64,000 nt of DNA from an uncultured Pseudomonadota bacterium (lineage in GTDB: Bacteria > Pseudomonadota > Alphaproteobacteria > Acetobacterales > Acetobacteraceae), in the NCBI GenBank assembly GCA_963756545.1, contig CAVWNY010000001.1, positions 594,080 to 658,079 on the forward strand, in the 5' to 3' direction. A program made the position numbers and the translations under genes. Below, piece after piece: positions 54,241 through 63,052 of the stretch. How positions within the stretch are numbered: position 1 is the stretch's first letter; the number at the start of each line of letters is the position of its first letter. The notes beneath the pieces were generated by a model, which was not told where the DNA came from, made no database searches, and saw nothing but the letters and a program-made list of their open reading frames with translations.

Positions 54241-54593
54241 ACGCGCTCGTCAACGCGCTCCCCTGGGCCGTGACGGCGTGGCTCTTCGCGGTCGGAATGT
54301 ACGGCGTGGTCACCAGCCGGCACTACGTCCACCTGATCGGGTGCATGTCGGTCGTGCAGTCTTCCACCTACGTCCTGCTGCTGGCGGCCGGGTTCCGTTG
54401 GGGTGCGGGGGCGCCCATCTTCTTCGACCACCCGCCCGGCACGCCGGCCGTCGATCCGGTCGTGCAGGCGCTGGTGCTGACCGACATCGTGGTGGGTGCC
54501 GCCGTCACCGCGCTGCTGCTGGCGCTGGCGTTACAGTTGCATCGCAAGCGGGGGACGCTCGACCCGGACGCGCTGAAGCCGATGCGGCAATGA
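54237..54593 (+). CDS. mrpC: Mrp antiporter subunit C (NuoK-like)
   Basis: The reading frame gives LNALVNALPWAVTAWLFAVGMYGVVTSRHYVHLIGCMSVVQSSTYVLLL..., which is NuoK/MnhC-like. No ATG, GTG or TTG precedes the first TM, so the start is provisionally CTG 54237, overlapping the mrpB stop. Confidence 0.65.
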   Translation: MNALVNALPWAVTAWLFAVGMYGVVTSRHYVHLIGCMSVVQSSTYVLLLAAGFRWGAGAPIFFDHPPGTPAVDPVVQALVLTDIVVGAAVTALLLALALQLHRKRGTLDPDALKPMRQ

Positions 54594-56359
54594 CCGGGTT
54601 CCTGAGCGGCGCGCTGCCGCCGCTGCCGGTCGCGGTGCCGTTGGCCGTGTCCGGCGTGCTGCTGCTATGCAACCGCCTGCTTCCCGGGCGCGTGCCTGAC
54701 GTCGTGGCCCTGCTGGCCGCACTCTTCGCGGCCGGGGCGAGCGCGCTGCTGCTGCGCGACGCCGCCGCCGGGCCGATCACCTACTGGTTCGGCGGCTGGG
54801 CTCCGCATAGGGGCCAGGTGATCGGGATCGCCTTCGTGATCGGCCAGGCGGGCGCGCTGCTCGCGCTGTTCACGGCGGTACTGACCGCGCTGACGCTGAT
54901 ATTCGCATGGGGATTCTTCGCCGAGGTGGGCACGGAGTTCCACGCCATGATGCTCGTCCTCATGGCTGCGATGATCGGCTTCGCCCTGACGCACGATCTT
55001 TTCAACATGTTCGTCTGGTTCGAGGCGATGAGCGTCACCGCCTTCGCGCTGACCGCCTATGCGCTCAACGAATCCTCGCTGGAAGGCGCGCTGACGTTCA
55101 CCGTCACGAACGGGATCGGCAGCTTCCTGATGCTGGGCGGGATCGGCCTGCTGTACGCGCCCGCCGGGGCGCTCGATTTCGGCGCGCTGGAGACCTTCGT
55201 GCGCGGCGCCCCGAATTCGTCAGTCGTCGCGGCCGCCTTCTGCATGATCGCCGCCGCGCTGCTGATCAAGGGCGCGATGGTGCCGCTGCACTTCTGGCTG
55301 TCGGACGCGCACGCGGTGGCGCCGAGCCCGCTGTCGGTCATTTTCTCCGGGATCATGGTCCCGCTCGGGCTGTTCGGGCTAATGCGGCTCGTCTGGACGG
55401 TGTTTTTTCCCGATCCGGCGGTCCAGCGCCTGGTGCATGGGCTTTTGCTGTGGCTGGGCGCGACGACGACGATCGTGGGCGGGCTGGCCGCGCTGGAGCA
55501 GCGACACATCAAGCGGATGCTCGCCTTCTCCACGGTCTCGCATATGGGCGTGCTGGTGATGGCGCTGGCGCTGGTGACGCCGGTCGGGGTCGCCGGGTTT
55601 CTGGCCTATCTCATCGGGCATGGGATGGTTAAGGCGGCGCTGTTCATGATCGCCGGCATCCTCCTGGCACGGTTGGGGAGCGTCGATGCCATCGTGCTCC
55701 GGGGCAAGGGCCGGGCGCTATGGCCGGCGGGCTTGGCGTGCGCCCTCGGCGGGCTGCTGCTGGGCGGGCTTCCGGTGGGCGTGATGGACCAGGGCGCCGG
55801 CCTGATCGATGCCGGCGCGACCGCGGCGGGGCACGCTTGGACCGCGGCACCGCTGGTGTTGGGGACCAGCCTGACCGGCGCCGCGGTGCTGCGGGCGACG
55901 GGGCGGGTCTTCGCGGGCCTGGGGTCCCGACCGGGCGAGGAGGAAGAGGCGCCGCACGAGAACGAGCGGGAGCCGGAAGATCGACCGCTTTGGCTGATGC
56001 TGGCGCCGCCGCTGGTGCTGCTCGGTGCGGCGCTCGTCTGGAGCGAGGGCGTGCGCCACGCCGCCCGCGCGAGCGCGCGCGGATTTCTGGCGGTGGCCGG
56101 ACAGGCGGGGACGGCGGTTCCGCTTCCGGCACCGCCGCACCCGTTCGTGCCGTGGCTGTCGCTCGGCTTGGGCATCACGGTTGCTGCCTACGATCTCTGG
56201 CGGAGCGTTCTGCCCGCCTCGGCCGTGAATGCGGTCGATCGGCTGAGCGCCCCGCTCTTCGCCGCCATGCTGCGGCTGCACAGCGGGATCATCGGCGACT
56301 ACGTCACCTGGATCACCGTCGGGCTGGCGATGTTCGCGGCCGCGTTGGGGCTGGGTTGA
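54590..56359 (+). CDS. mrpD: Mrp antiporter pump subunit (NuoL/M/N-family, MrpD/MrpA-N-like) with C-terminal extension
   Basis: ATG 54590 overlaps the upstream stop as ATGA. The 589-aa product carries the Proton_antipo_M signature PLHFWLSDAHAVAPSPLSVIFSGIMVPLGLFGLMRL. An acidic linker (SRPGEEEEAPHENEREPEDRP) and ~120 extra residues with further hydrophobic helices follow. Confidence 0.85.
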   Translation: MTGFLSGALPPLPVAVPLAVSGVLLLCNRLLPGRVPDVVALLAALFAAGASALLLRDAAAGPITYWFGGWAPHRGQVIGIAFVIGQAGALLALFTAVLTALTLIFAWGFFAEVGTEFHAMMLVLMAAMIGFALTHDLFNMFVWFEAMSVTAFALTAYALNESSLEGALTFTVTNGIGSFLMLGGIGLLYAPAGALDFGALETFVRGAPNSSVVAAAFCMIAAALLIKGAMVPLHFWLSDAHAVAPSPLSVIFSGIMVPLGLFGLMRLVWTVFFPDPAVQRLVHGLLLWLGATTTIVGGLAALEQRHIKRMLAFSTVSHMGVLVMALALVTPVGVAGFLAYLIGHGMVKAALFMIAGILLARLGSVDAIVLRGKGRALWPAGLACALGGLLLGGLPVGVMDQGAGLIDAGATAAGHAWTAAPLVLGTSLTGAAVLRATGRVFAGLGSRPGEEEEAPHENEREPEDRPLWLMLAPPLVLLGAALVWSEGVRHAARASARGFLAVAGQAGTAVPLPAPPHPFVPWLSLGLGITVAAYDLWRSVLPASAVNAVDRLSAPLFAAMLRLHSGIIGDYVTWITVGLAMFAAALGLG

Positions 56360-56433
56360 GCGCGGGGGTGTGATGCAACGCACCCCAGCGGCACCCGTTG
56401 CGCCCCATCGTCGCGTCAAAAAGGGGGTCAGTC

Positions 56434-57285
56434 GTGAGCGATCTTCGCCCGCCTCAGAAGCAAGAGCGCCAGCCCGGGATCGAGGCGGAGATGGAGCCGC
56501 GGCCGAATTCCGCCATGGCGCATTATCGCGGCGCGGGCAAGCTGGACGGCAAAATCGCCCTGATCTCGGGAGGCGATTCCGGCATCGGGCGCGCCGTCGC
56601 GGTCGGCTTCGCCAAGGAGGGCGCCGACGTCGCGATCACCTACCTTGACGAGCACGAGGACGCGCGCGAGACGGTGCGGCTGGTCGAGGCCGAGGGCCGC
56701 CGGGCGCTCGCCGTCCCCGGCGACATCGGCAACTCCGACTTCGCTCGCGAAGTCGTGCGCCAGGTCGTCGCCGCAATGGGACGCATCGACGTTTTGGTGA
56801 ACAACGCCGCCGAGCAGCATCTGGTGGAGAGGCTGGAGGATCTGAGCGACGATCAGATCGAGCGGACGTTCCGCACCAACATCTTCGGCCAGTTTTTCCT
56901 GACGCGCGCGGCGTTGCCGGAGATGCCGGAGGGTTCCGCGATCATCAACACCGCATCCGTCACCGCGTATCACGGCAACCCGCAGCTTTTGGATTACGCG
57001 AGCACCAAGGGCGCGATCGTCGCCTTCACCCGGTCGCTGTCGAAGCAGCTTGAGAAGCGCAAGATCCGCGTGAACGCCGTCGCGCCCGGACCGATCTGGA
57101 CGCCGCTGATCCCGGCGAGCTATCCGGCAGAGAAATCGGCCAAGCACGGAGAGCAGACGCCGATGGGGCGGGCGGGCGAGCCGGACGAGGTGGCGCCGAG
57201 CTACATCTTCCTGGCCTCGCGCGACGCGGCCTATTTCTCCGGCCAGGTCCTGCATCCGAACGGCGGCGAGGTGGTCAACGGCTGA
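56434..57285 (+). CDS. SDR-family oxidoreductase (YghA / general-stress-protein-39-like)
   Basis: GTG 56434 follows AAGGGGG. The N-terminus QKQERQPGIEAEMEPRP matches YghA-type proteins. It has ISGGDSGIGRA and YASTKGA (YxxxK). Confidence 0.85.
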   Translation: MSDLRPPQKQERQPGIEAEMEPRPNSAMAHYRGAGKLDGKIALISGGDSGIGRAVAVGFAKEGADVAITYLDEHEDARETVRLVEAEGRRALAVPGDIGNSDFAREVVRQVVAAMGRIDVLVNNAAEQHLVERLEDLSDDQIERTFRTNIFGQFFLTRAALPEMPEGSAIINTASVTAYHGNPQLLDYASTKGAIVAFTRSLSKQLEKRKIRVNAVAPGPIWTPLIPASYPAEKSAKHGEQTPMGRAGEPDEVAPSYIFLASRDAAYFSGQVLHPNGGEVVNG

Positions 57286-57336
57286 GGCTAGACCGCCAAG
57301 TCTTGACCCCGAGCGCGGGTTCGGCTTGCTGCGCGC

Positions 57337-58635
57337 GTGGATCAGGACACGATCTTTGCCGTCGCGAGCGGCGCGGGGAGGGCGGCCATCACGGTGATGC
57401 GGATCAGCGGTCCGGGAAGCCGGGCGCTGGTGGCAGGATTGTGCCGATCCGTGCCTGCGGCGCGCCGGGTATCGTTGCGGCGATTGCGGGACGGCGGCGG
57501 CGCGGAGATCGACCGGGCGGTGGTCCTCTGGATGCCCGCGCCGGGCAGCTACACCGGCGAGGACTCGGCCGAACTGCACCTGCATGGGGGGCACGCGGTG
57601 CAGGAAGCGGCGGCCTCGGCGCTGGTGGCCCTCGGAGCGCGTCCGGCCGAGCCGGGGGAGTTCACCCGACGCGCCTTCCTGAACGGCCGGCTCGACTTGC
57701 TGGCGGCGGAGGCGGTTGCCGATCTGGTAAATGCCGAAACGTCCGTCCAGCGCGAGCAGGCGCTGCGCCAGCTCGCGGGCGAGTTGGGTGCGCTCTACGG
57801 CGGCTGGTCGGATCGGCTGCTGCGCCTGATGGCCCGGCAGGAGGCGCTGATCGACTTTCCGGAAGAGGATATCCCCGACGAGATGGAGGGCGCCGTCGTG
57901 GCGGAAATAGCGCTTCTCCGGGCGGAGTTGGCGGCGCATCTCGCCGACGATCGGCGGGGCGAGCGGGTTCGGGAGGGCTTGGTGTTCGCCGTCGTCGGCC
58001 CGCCCAATGTCGGGAAATCGTCGTTGGTCAACGCGCTGACGGGCCGCGACGTCGCGATCGTCTCCGCGCAGCCGGGAACCACGCGCGATGCGCTGGAAGC
58101 GCGCGTGGTGCTGGGCGGCGTTCCAGTGACGCTGGTGGACACGGCGGGACTGCGCGAGCCGATCGATCCGGTGGAGGGGGAGGGCGTGCGGCGGGCTCGG
58201 GCGAGGGCGGCAGGCGCCGATCTGGTCATCGCCGTCGAGGCGTGCGGCGAGGCGCGCCCGGATCAGGGCGATCAGACCGCGCGCGTCTTGCGGGTCGTCA
58301 ACAAGATCGATCTAGGCGGCGCGGTGCTGCCGCCGGACACGCTCGCCGTCAGCGCGCGCACCGGCCAGGGTTTGCCCGGGCTCACGGAGCGCCTGGGCGT
58401 CATCGCCACCGACCTCACGGCACGCGTCGGGCCGCCGCCGCTCACGCGCGCGCGACACCGGGCGGCTCTACACGAGGCCGAGGCCCGGCTGGCTGGGGCG
58501 CGTGATGCGCCCTTGCCCGAGCTGCGGGCCGAGGACCTCCGGCTGGCGTTGCGCGCGATTGGTCGGGTAACCGGGCGGGTCGGGGTGGAGGCGATCCTCG
58601 ACACGCTGTTCGCGGAATTCTGCATCGGGAAGTGA
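57337..58635 (+). CDS. mnmE: tRNA modification GTPase MnmE
   Basis: 432 aa. It starts DTIFAVASGAG, has the G1 motif GPPNVGKSS and DTAG, and ends in the C-terminal FCIGK. Confidence 0.95.
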   Translation: MDQDTIFAVASGAGRAAITVMRISGPGSRALVAGLCRSVPAARRVSLRRLRDGGGAEIDRAVVLWMPAPGSYTGEDSAELHLHGGHAVQEAAASALVALGARPAEPGEFTRRAFLNGRLDLLAAEAVADLVNAETSVQREQALRQLAGELGALYGGWSDRLLRLMARQEALIDFPEEDIPDEMEGAVVAEIALLRAELAAHLADDRRGERVREGLVFAVVGPPNVGKSSLVNALTGRDVAIVSAQPGTTRDALEARVVLGGVPVTLVDTAGLREPIDPVEGEGVRRARARAAGADLVIAVEACGEARPDQGDQTARVLRVVNKIDLGGAVLPPDTLAVSARTGQGLPGLTERLGVIATDLTARVGPPPLTRARHRAALHEAEARLAGARDAPLPELRAEDLRLALRAIGRVTGRVGVEAILDTLFAEFCIGK

Positions 58636-58744
58636 CTTCCTGGCGCGCGCCGGGGTGCGGCATTCTGCAGGCTTCGGATGTCTTTTGACTTGGGCGTCGC
58701 CGTAGCCTAGCCGGCGATTTCCAACACTCTGAGCAGAGGATCGC

Positions 58745-60610
58745 ATGGGGCCGGGCTATGACGTGGTGGTGGTCGGGGGCGGACACGCCGGCTGCGAGGC
58801 GGCCGCCGCGGCGGCGCGCATGGGCGCGCGCACGCTGCTGCTGACACACCGGCTGGAGGCGATCGGCGAAATGTCCTGCAATCCGGCGATCGGCGGGATC
58901 GGCAAGGGCCATCTGGTGCGCGAGATCGATGCCCTTGACGGGCTGATGGCCCGGGCGGCGGATCTGGCGGGCATCCATTTCAAGGTTCTCAACCGGCGCA
59001 AGGGCCCCGCCGTGCGCGGGCCGCGCGCCCAGATCGATCGTGCGCTTTACCTGCGCGCCGTGCGCATGCTGCTCGATGAGCAGCCGAATCTGGAACTTCG
59101 GGCCGGCTCGATCGAGGATGTGGAGATCGGTGCCGACGGGGCGTTGGCGGCCGTGCTGTGCGCCGACGGGCACCGCATTCCGTGCAACGCGGCCGTGCTT
59201 ACCGCCGGGACGTTTCTGCGAGGAATGATCCACGTTGGCGACCGCCGGACCGAAGCCGGGCGCATGGGGGACCCGCCCTCGCTCGGGCTGGCGGGGACGT
59301 TGCGACGGCTCGGACTTCCGACCGGGCGGCTGAAGACGGGCACGCCGCCTCGGCTGGACGGGCGTAGCGTCGACTACCGGGGATTGGCGGCCGACCCCGG
59401 CGAGGACCCGCCCGAGCCGTTCAGCACGATGACCGCGCGCATCCGCAACCCCCAGGTGGCGTGCCATTGCACCGCAACCACGCCGGCGACGCATGCGATC
59501 GTACGGGCCAGCCTGCACCGCTCGGCGCTTCACGCCGGGCACATCTCCGGGCCGGGGCCCCGCTACTGCCCGTCACTGGAAGACAAGGTGGCGCGTTTCG
59601 CGGAGCGCGAGCGGCACACGATCTTTCTCGAACCCGAGGGGCTGACGGACCACACGGTGTATCCGAACGGTATCTCGATGAGCCTGCCCGAGGAAGTGCA
59701 GCGCGCCGTGCTGGCCACCATTCCAGGGCTCGAGAGGGCGCGCATGATCCGCCCCGGGTATGCGGTCGAGTATGACTTCGTCGATCCCCGCGCCTTGTCG
59801 CCAGGGCTGGAGCTGCGCGCCGTTCCGCGCTTTTTCCTTGCCGGGCAGGTCAACGGCACGACCGGCTACGAGGAGGCGGCGGCGCAGGGCATTCTGGCGG
59901 GGATCAACGCCGCTCGGCTCGCGGGCGGGCGGGAGACGATCGGCCTCGACCGGAGCGAGGCGTACATCGGCGTCCTCGTGGACGATCTCGTCGGCAGGGG
60001 CGTGACGGAGCCATATCGAATGCTGACCTCGCGCGCCGAGTACCGGCTCAGCCTGCGGGCCGACAACGCCGACCTCCGGCTGACGCGGAAGGGCATGGAG
60101 TGGGGGTGTGTCGGAGGTGCGCGCGCCGCTTCCTTCCTCGCCCATGAGCGACGGACAGCCGACGCACTCGCGCGATCCCGCGCCGAGGGCGAGGCACCGG
60201 CGGAATTGCGGCGGCTGGGGCTCGAGGTGCGCGCCGATGGGCGCTGGCGGTCGGTGTTCGAACTGCTGGGCGGCATGTCGGAGCGCACGGAAGCGGCCTT
60301 TCCGTGGATCGTGGAATTGCCGAGCCGCGTGCGCGAGCAGCTCCGGATCACCGCGCTCTATGCCGCTTATTTGCCTCGACAGAACGCCGACATCGGCCTT
60401 TTTCAACGCGAGGAGGCCGTATCGCTGCGGGGGCTGGACTTCGCCAGCATTCCGGGGTTGTCGACAGAGGCGCGCCAGCGACTCACGCGAAGCTCGCCAG
60501 ACTCCCTGGGCGCTGCGGCGCGGCTGGAAGGGATCACGCCGGCCGCGCTCGCCGTGATCGTTGCGCAGCTGCGGCGAGGTCGCGGGATCTCAGACGAACG
60601 CTTCACATGA
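58745..60610 (+). CDS. mnmG: tRNA uridine 5-carboxymethylaminomethyl modification enzyme MnmG
   Basis: 621 aa. It has [14 protein letters not shown] and [16 protein letters not shown]. Confidence 0.95.
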   Translation: MGPGYDVVVVGGGHAGCEAAAAAARMGARTLLLTHRLEAIGEMSCNPAIGGIGKGHLVREIDALDGLMARAADLAGIHFKVLNRRKGPAVRGPRAQIDRALYLRAVRMLLDEQPNLELRAGSIEDVEIGADGALAAVLCADGHRIPCNAAVLTAGTFLRGMIHVGDRRTEAGRMGDPPSLGLAGTLRRLGLPTGRLKTGTPPRLDGRSVDYRGLAADPGEDPPEPFSTMTARIRNPQVACHCTATTPATHAIVRASLHRSALHAGHISGPGPRYCPSLEDKVARFAERERHTIFLEPEGLTDHTVYPNGISMSLPEEVQRAVLATIPGLERARMIRPGYAVEYDFVDPRALSPGLELRAVPRFFLAGQVNGTTGYEEAAAQGILAGINAARLAGGRETIGLDRSEAYIGVLVDDLVGRGVTEPYRMLTSRAEYRLSLRADNADLRLTRKGMEWGCVGGARAASFLAHERRTADALARSRAEGEAPAELRRLGLEVRADGRWRSVFELLGGMSERTEAAFPWIVELPSRVREQLRITALYAAYLPRQNADIGLFQREEAVSLRGLDFASIPGLSTEARQRLTRSSPDSLGAAARLEGITPAALAVIVAQLRRGRGISDERFT

Positions 60611-61209
60611 AGCAATCTTCGATGCTGAACGATGTTTCACGGGAAGCACTGGACCGCTTCGCCGCGCTACTGCTGCGGTGGAACCGGAATATCAACCTGA
60701 TGGCCCGCGGTGACGAGCCCCATGTGTGGCCGCGCCATATCGCGGACTCGCTCCAGCTTGCTCCGCTCATTCCAGCAGAGGCCGGGCGCTGCGTCGATCT
60801 CGGGTCCGGCGCCGGATTTCCAGGACTGGTCCTGGCGCTCGTGACAGGACGGCCATTCGACTTGATCGAGTCGGACCAGCGCAAGGCGGCGTTCTTGCGG
60901 GAAGCCGCCCGTATCACGCGAGCCCCCGTGCGGGTACACGCGATCCGGATAGAGGCGGCGACCATGTCGCCCGCGCCGATCGTGACGGCACGCGGGCTCG
61001 CGCCGCTGCCCGACCTGCTTTGCCTCGCCAATCCGAAGCTTGCCGCGGGCGGGATCGCCCTGCTGCTGAAGGGTGCCGGACACGAGATCGAATTGACGCG
61101 GGCGCGACGCGAGTGGCACATGAAGGTCGAACGAATCCCGAGCCGCACCGCGCCGAGCGCCGTCGTCCTCAAGATCAGCGAGCTTCGCCGTGTCCCATCT
61201 TCCGCCTGA
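60607..61209 (+). CDS. rsmG: 16S rRNA (guanine527-N7)-methyltransferase RsmG
   Basis: ATG 60607 overlaps the mnmG stop as ATGA. The 200-aa product has the SAM motif [15 protein letters not shown]. Confidence 0.9.
   Translation: MKQSSMLNDVSREALDRFAALLLRWNRNINLMARGDEPHVWPRHIADSLQLAPLIPAEAGRCVDLGSGAGFPGLVLALVTGRPFDLIESDQRKAAFLREAARITRAPVRVHAIRIEAATMSPAPIVTARGLAPLPDLLCLANPKLAAGGIALLLKGAGHEIELTRARREWHMKVERIPSRTAPSAVVLKISELRRVPSSA
60633..60648. promoter_or_regulatory. degenerate parS-like site inside rsmG
   Basis: TGTTTCACGGGAAGCA matches 14 of 16 positions of the canonical TGTTTCACGTGAAACA. It lies ~0.5 kb upstream of parA. Confidence 0.35.
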
Positions 61210-62047
61210 GCCGTCCGGGGCGCCGCGACGTGGACCACGCATCCTGGCCGTGGCGAATCAAAAGGGCGGGGTCGGCAAGACGACGACGGCGGTCAACCTC
61301 GCGACCGCCCTGGCGGCCGGCGGAGAATCCGTTCTGTTGATCGATCTGGACCCCCAAGGCAATGCCTCGACGGGGCTCGGCATCCAACGCGAGGACCGAA
61401 CCCTCGGCAGCTACTGCGTGCTGGTGCTGCATACCCCTCCGGAGGATGCAGCACGGTCAAGCGGCATCCCAAATCTCTCGATCGTCCCGGCGGAACCCGA
61501 TTTAACGGGGGCTGAAGTCGAGCTGGTCGGCTTCGAGCGGCGGGAATACCGGCTGTCCGATGCCCTGGCGTCCCTACGCGGCGCCGTCCACCCGTTCGGT
61601 TTCGTGCTGATCGACTGCCCGCCCAGCCTAGGGCTGCTCACGTTGAACGCCTTGGTGGCGGCCGACGCGGTGCTGGTTCCCCTGCAATGCGAGTACTACG
61701 CCTTGGAGGGCATCAGCGGCCTCGTGCGCACCATCGACGCCGTCAGGCGGACGCTGAACCCCGGCCTGCGGCTGCAGGGTATCGTGCTGACGATGTTCGA
61801 TCGCCGCAACACCCTGTCGACTTTGATCGCCGATGACGCGCGCGGCTTCTTCGGCGCGGCCGTCTATGAGACCGTCATTCCGCGCAACGTGCGCATCACC
61901 GAATCGCCAAGCCACGGCAAGCCGGTCCTGCTCTACGATTTCCGGTCTCCGGGCGCGCAGGCCTATGTTCGCTTCGCGGCCGAGCTGCTCCGGCGCGAGC
62001 GCGCCGTGGACCAAGCTCCTCCCATAAGCGCCGGGGCGCATCCATGA
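61190..62047 (+). CDS. parA: chromosome partitioning ATPase ParA
   Basis: GTG 61190. It has the deviant Walker A NQKGGVGKTTT. Length is 285 aa. Confidence 0.9.
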   Translation: MSHLPPEPSGAPRRGPRILAVANQKGGVGKTTTAVNLATALAAGGESVLLIDLDPQGNASTGLGIQREDRTLGSYCVLVLHTPPEDAARSSGIPNLSIVPAEPDLTGAEVELVGFERREYRLSDALASLRGAVHPFGFVLIDCPPSLGLLTLNALVAADAVLVPLQCEYYALEGISGLVRTIDAVRRTLNPGLRLQGIVLTMFDRRNTLSTLIADDARGFFGAAVYETVIPRNVRITESPSHGKPVLLYDFRSPGAQAYVRFAAELLRRERAVDQAPPISAGAHP

Positions 62048-62895
62048 GCACCCGCGAGACCGGTGCGCGGCTCGGGCGCGGGCTGGCAGCCCTGCTCGGC
62101 GACGGAGCCGGCACGCAATCGGCGAGCGAGGGCGTGCGCTCGTTGCCCCTCGACGTCCTGGCGCCGGGCCCATTTCAGCCGCGCGGCGCGATGGACGAAG
62201 CCGGGTTGGCGGAGCTCGCAGACTCCATCCGCGCGCGCGGGATTCTCCAGCCGCTTCTCGCCCGCCCGCATCCGGACGTTTCCGGCCGCTATCAGATCAT
62301 CGCTGGGGAACGACGGTGGCGCGCCGCGGCACTGGCCGGGCTGCATGAGGTTCCGACCCTGGTGCGCGACTTCGCCGACGCGGATGCGCTCGCCGCCGCG
62401 CTGGTCGAGAATTTGCAGCGCCAGGATCTGAATGCGCTCGAGGAGGCCGAGGGCTATCGCGGATTAATCGAGGAATTCGGGCTGACGCAGGAGCAGCTCG
62501 CCCAGGCTGTGGGCAAGTCCCGCGCCCATATCAGCAATACGCTTCGCCTGTTGAACCTCCCGAGCGCCGTGAAATCGGCGCTGCTGGCCGGGACGGTCAC
62601 CGCAGGCCATGCGCGGGCGCTGCTCGCGCATCCCACGCCGGAACACGCACTCACCGCCGTCATCGCGAACGGGCTTTCCGTGCGCGCGACGGAGGCGCTG
62701 GCGTCCGAGCCGGGCCGCGATCGCGCGCCGCGTCCTCCGCGCGATCCCGACATGGTCGCGATCGAGCGGGAGCTGTCCGGGCTTTTGGGATTGCGGCTCG
62801 AAATCGCCGGGTCCTACGCCCGGGGCGCGGTCCGCATCAGTTACGCGAGCGCCGATCAGCTCGAGGGCGTGCTGTCGAAGTTGCGATCCGGGTAA
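62044..62895 (+). CDS. parB: chromosome partitioning protein ParB
   Basis: 283 aa. It has GRGLAALLG, the arginine patch IIAGERRWRAA and the HTH region QEQLAQAVGKSRAHISNTLRLL. Confidence 0.9.
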   Translation: MSTRETGARLGRGLAALLGDGAGTQSASEGVRSLPLDVLAPGPFQPRGAMDEAGLAELADSIRARGILQPLLARPHPDVSGRYQIIAGERRWRAAALAGLHEVPTLVRDFADADALAAALVENLQRQDLNALEEAEGYRGLIEEFGLTQEQLAQAVGKSRAHISNTLRLLNLPSAVKSALLAGTVTAGHARALLAHPTPEHALTAVIANGLSVRATEALASEPGRDRAPRPPRDPDMVAIERELSGLLGLRLEIAGSYARGAVRISYASADQLEGVLSKLRSG

Positions 62896-62924
62896 CGGCC
62901 CAGCGAAAGCGCCCGCCGCTCGGG

Positions 62925-63044
62925 TCAGATGTGCTTCAGCCTGACCAGCGTGATCGCGAAGAACAGCGCCGCCAGCCCGAGTAGTACGACCAGCATCGCC
63001 ACATTGCGCGCCCGTCGACGGCGCTCTCGCTCTTCCGGCAGCAC
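62925..63044 (-). CDS. small membrane protein downstream of ctaB (CoxF-like position)
   Basis: GTG 63044 lies 8 nt after the ctaB stop. The 39-aa product has a basic N-terminus (EERERRRRARN) and one TM (VAMLVVLLGLAALFFAITLV). Confidence 0.4.
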   Translation of the reverse strand: MLPEERERRRRARNVAMLVVLLGLAALFFAITLVRLKHI

Positions 63045-63052
63045 GGGGGCCC

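Noticed and set aside
56360-56433. Possible peripheral-arm (hydrogenase or Nuo-like) gene after the Mrp cluster.
   Set aside because: The next gene is a plain YghA-type SDR with an intact YxxxK. No NiFe, Fe-S or NuoB/D-like sequences are present within several kb.
57286-62925. Possible chromosomal origin (oriC) next to mnmE-mnmG-rsmG-parAB.
   Set aside because: I found no TTATCCACA-type DnaA boxes and no AT-rich unwinding element in the short intergenic gaps here. Alphaproteobacterial origins are often elsewhere, for example near hemE.
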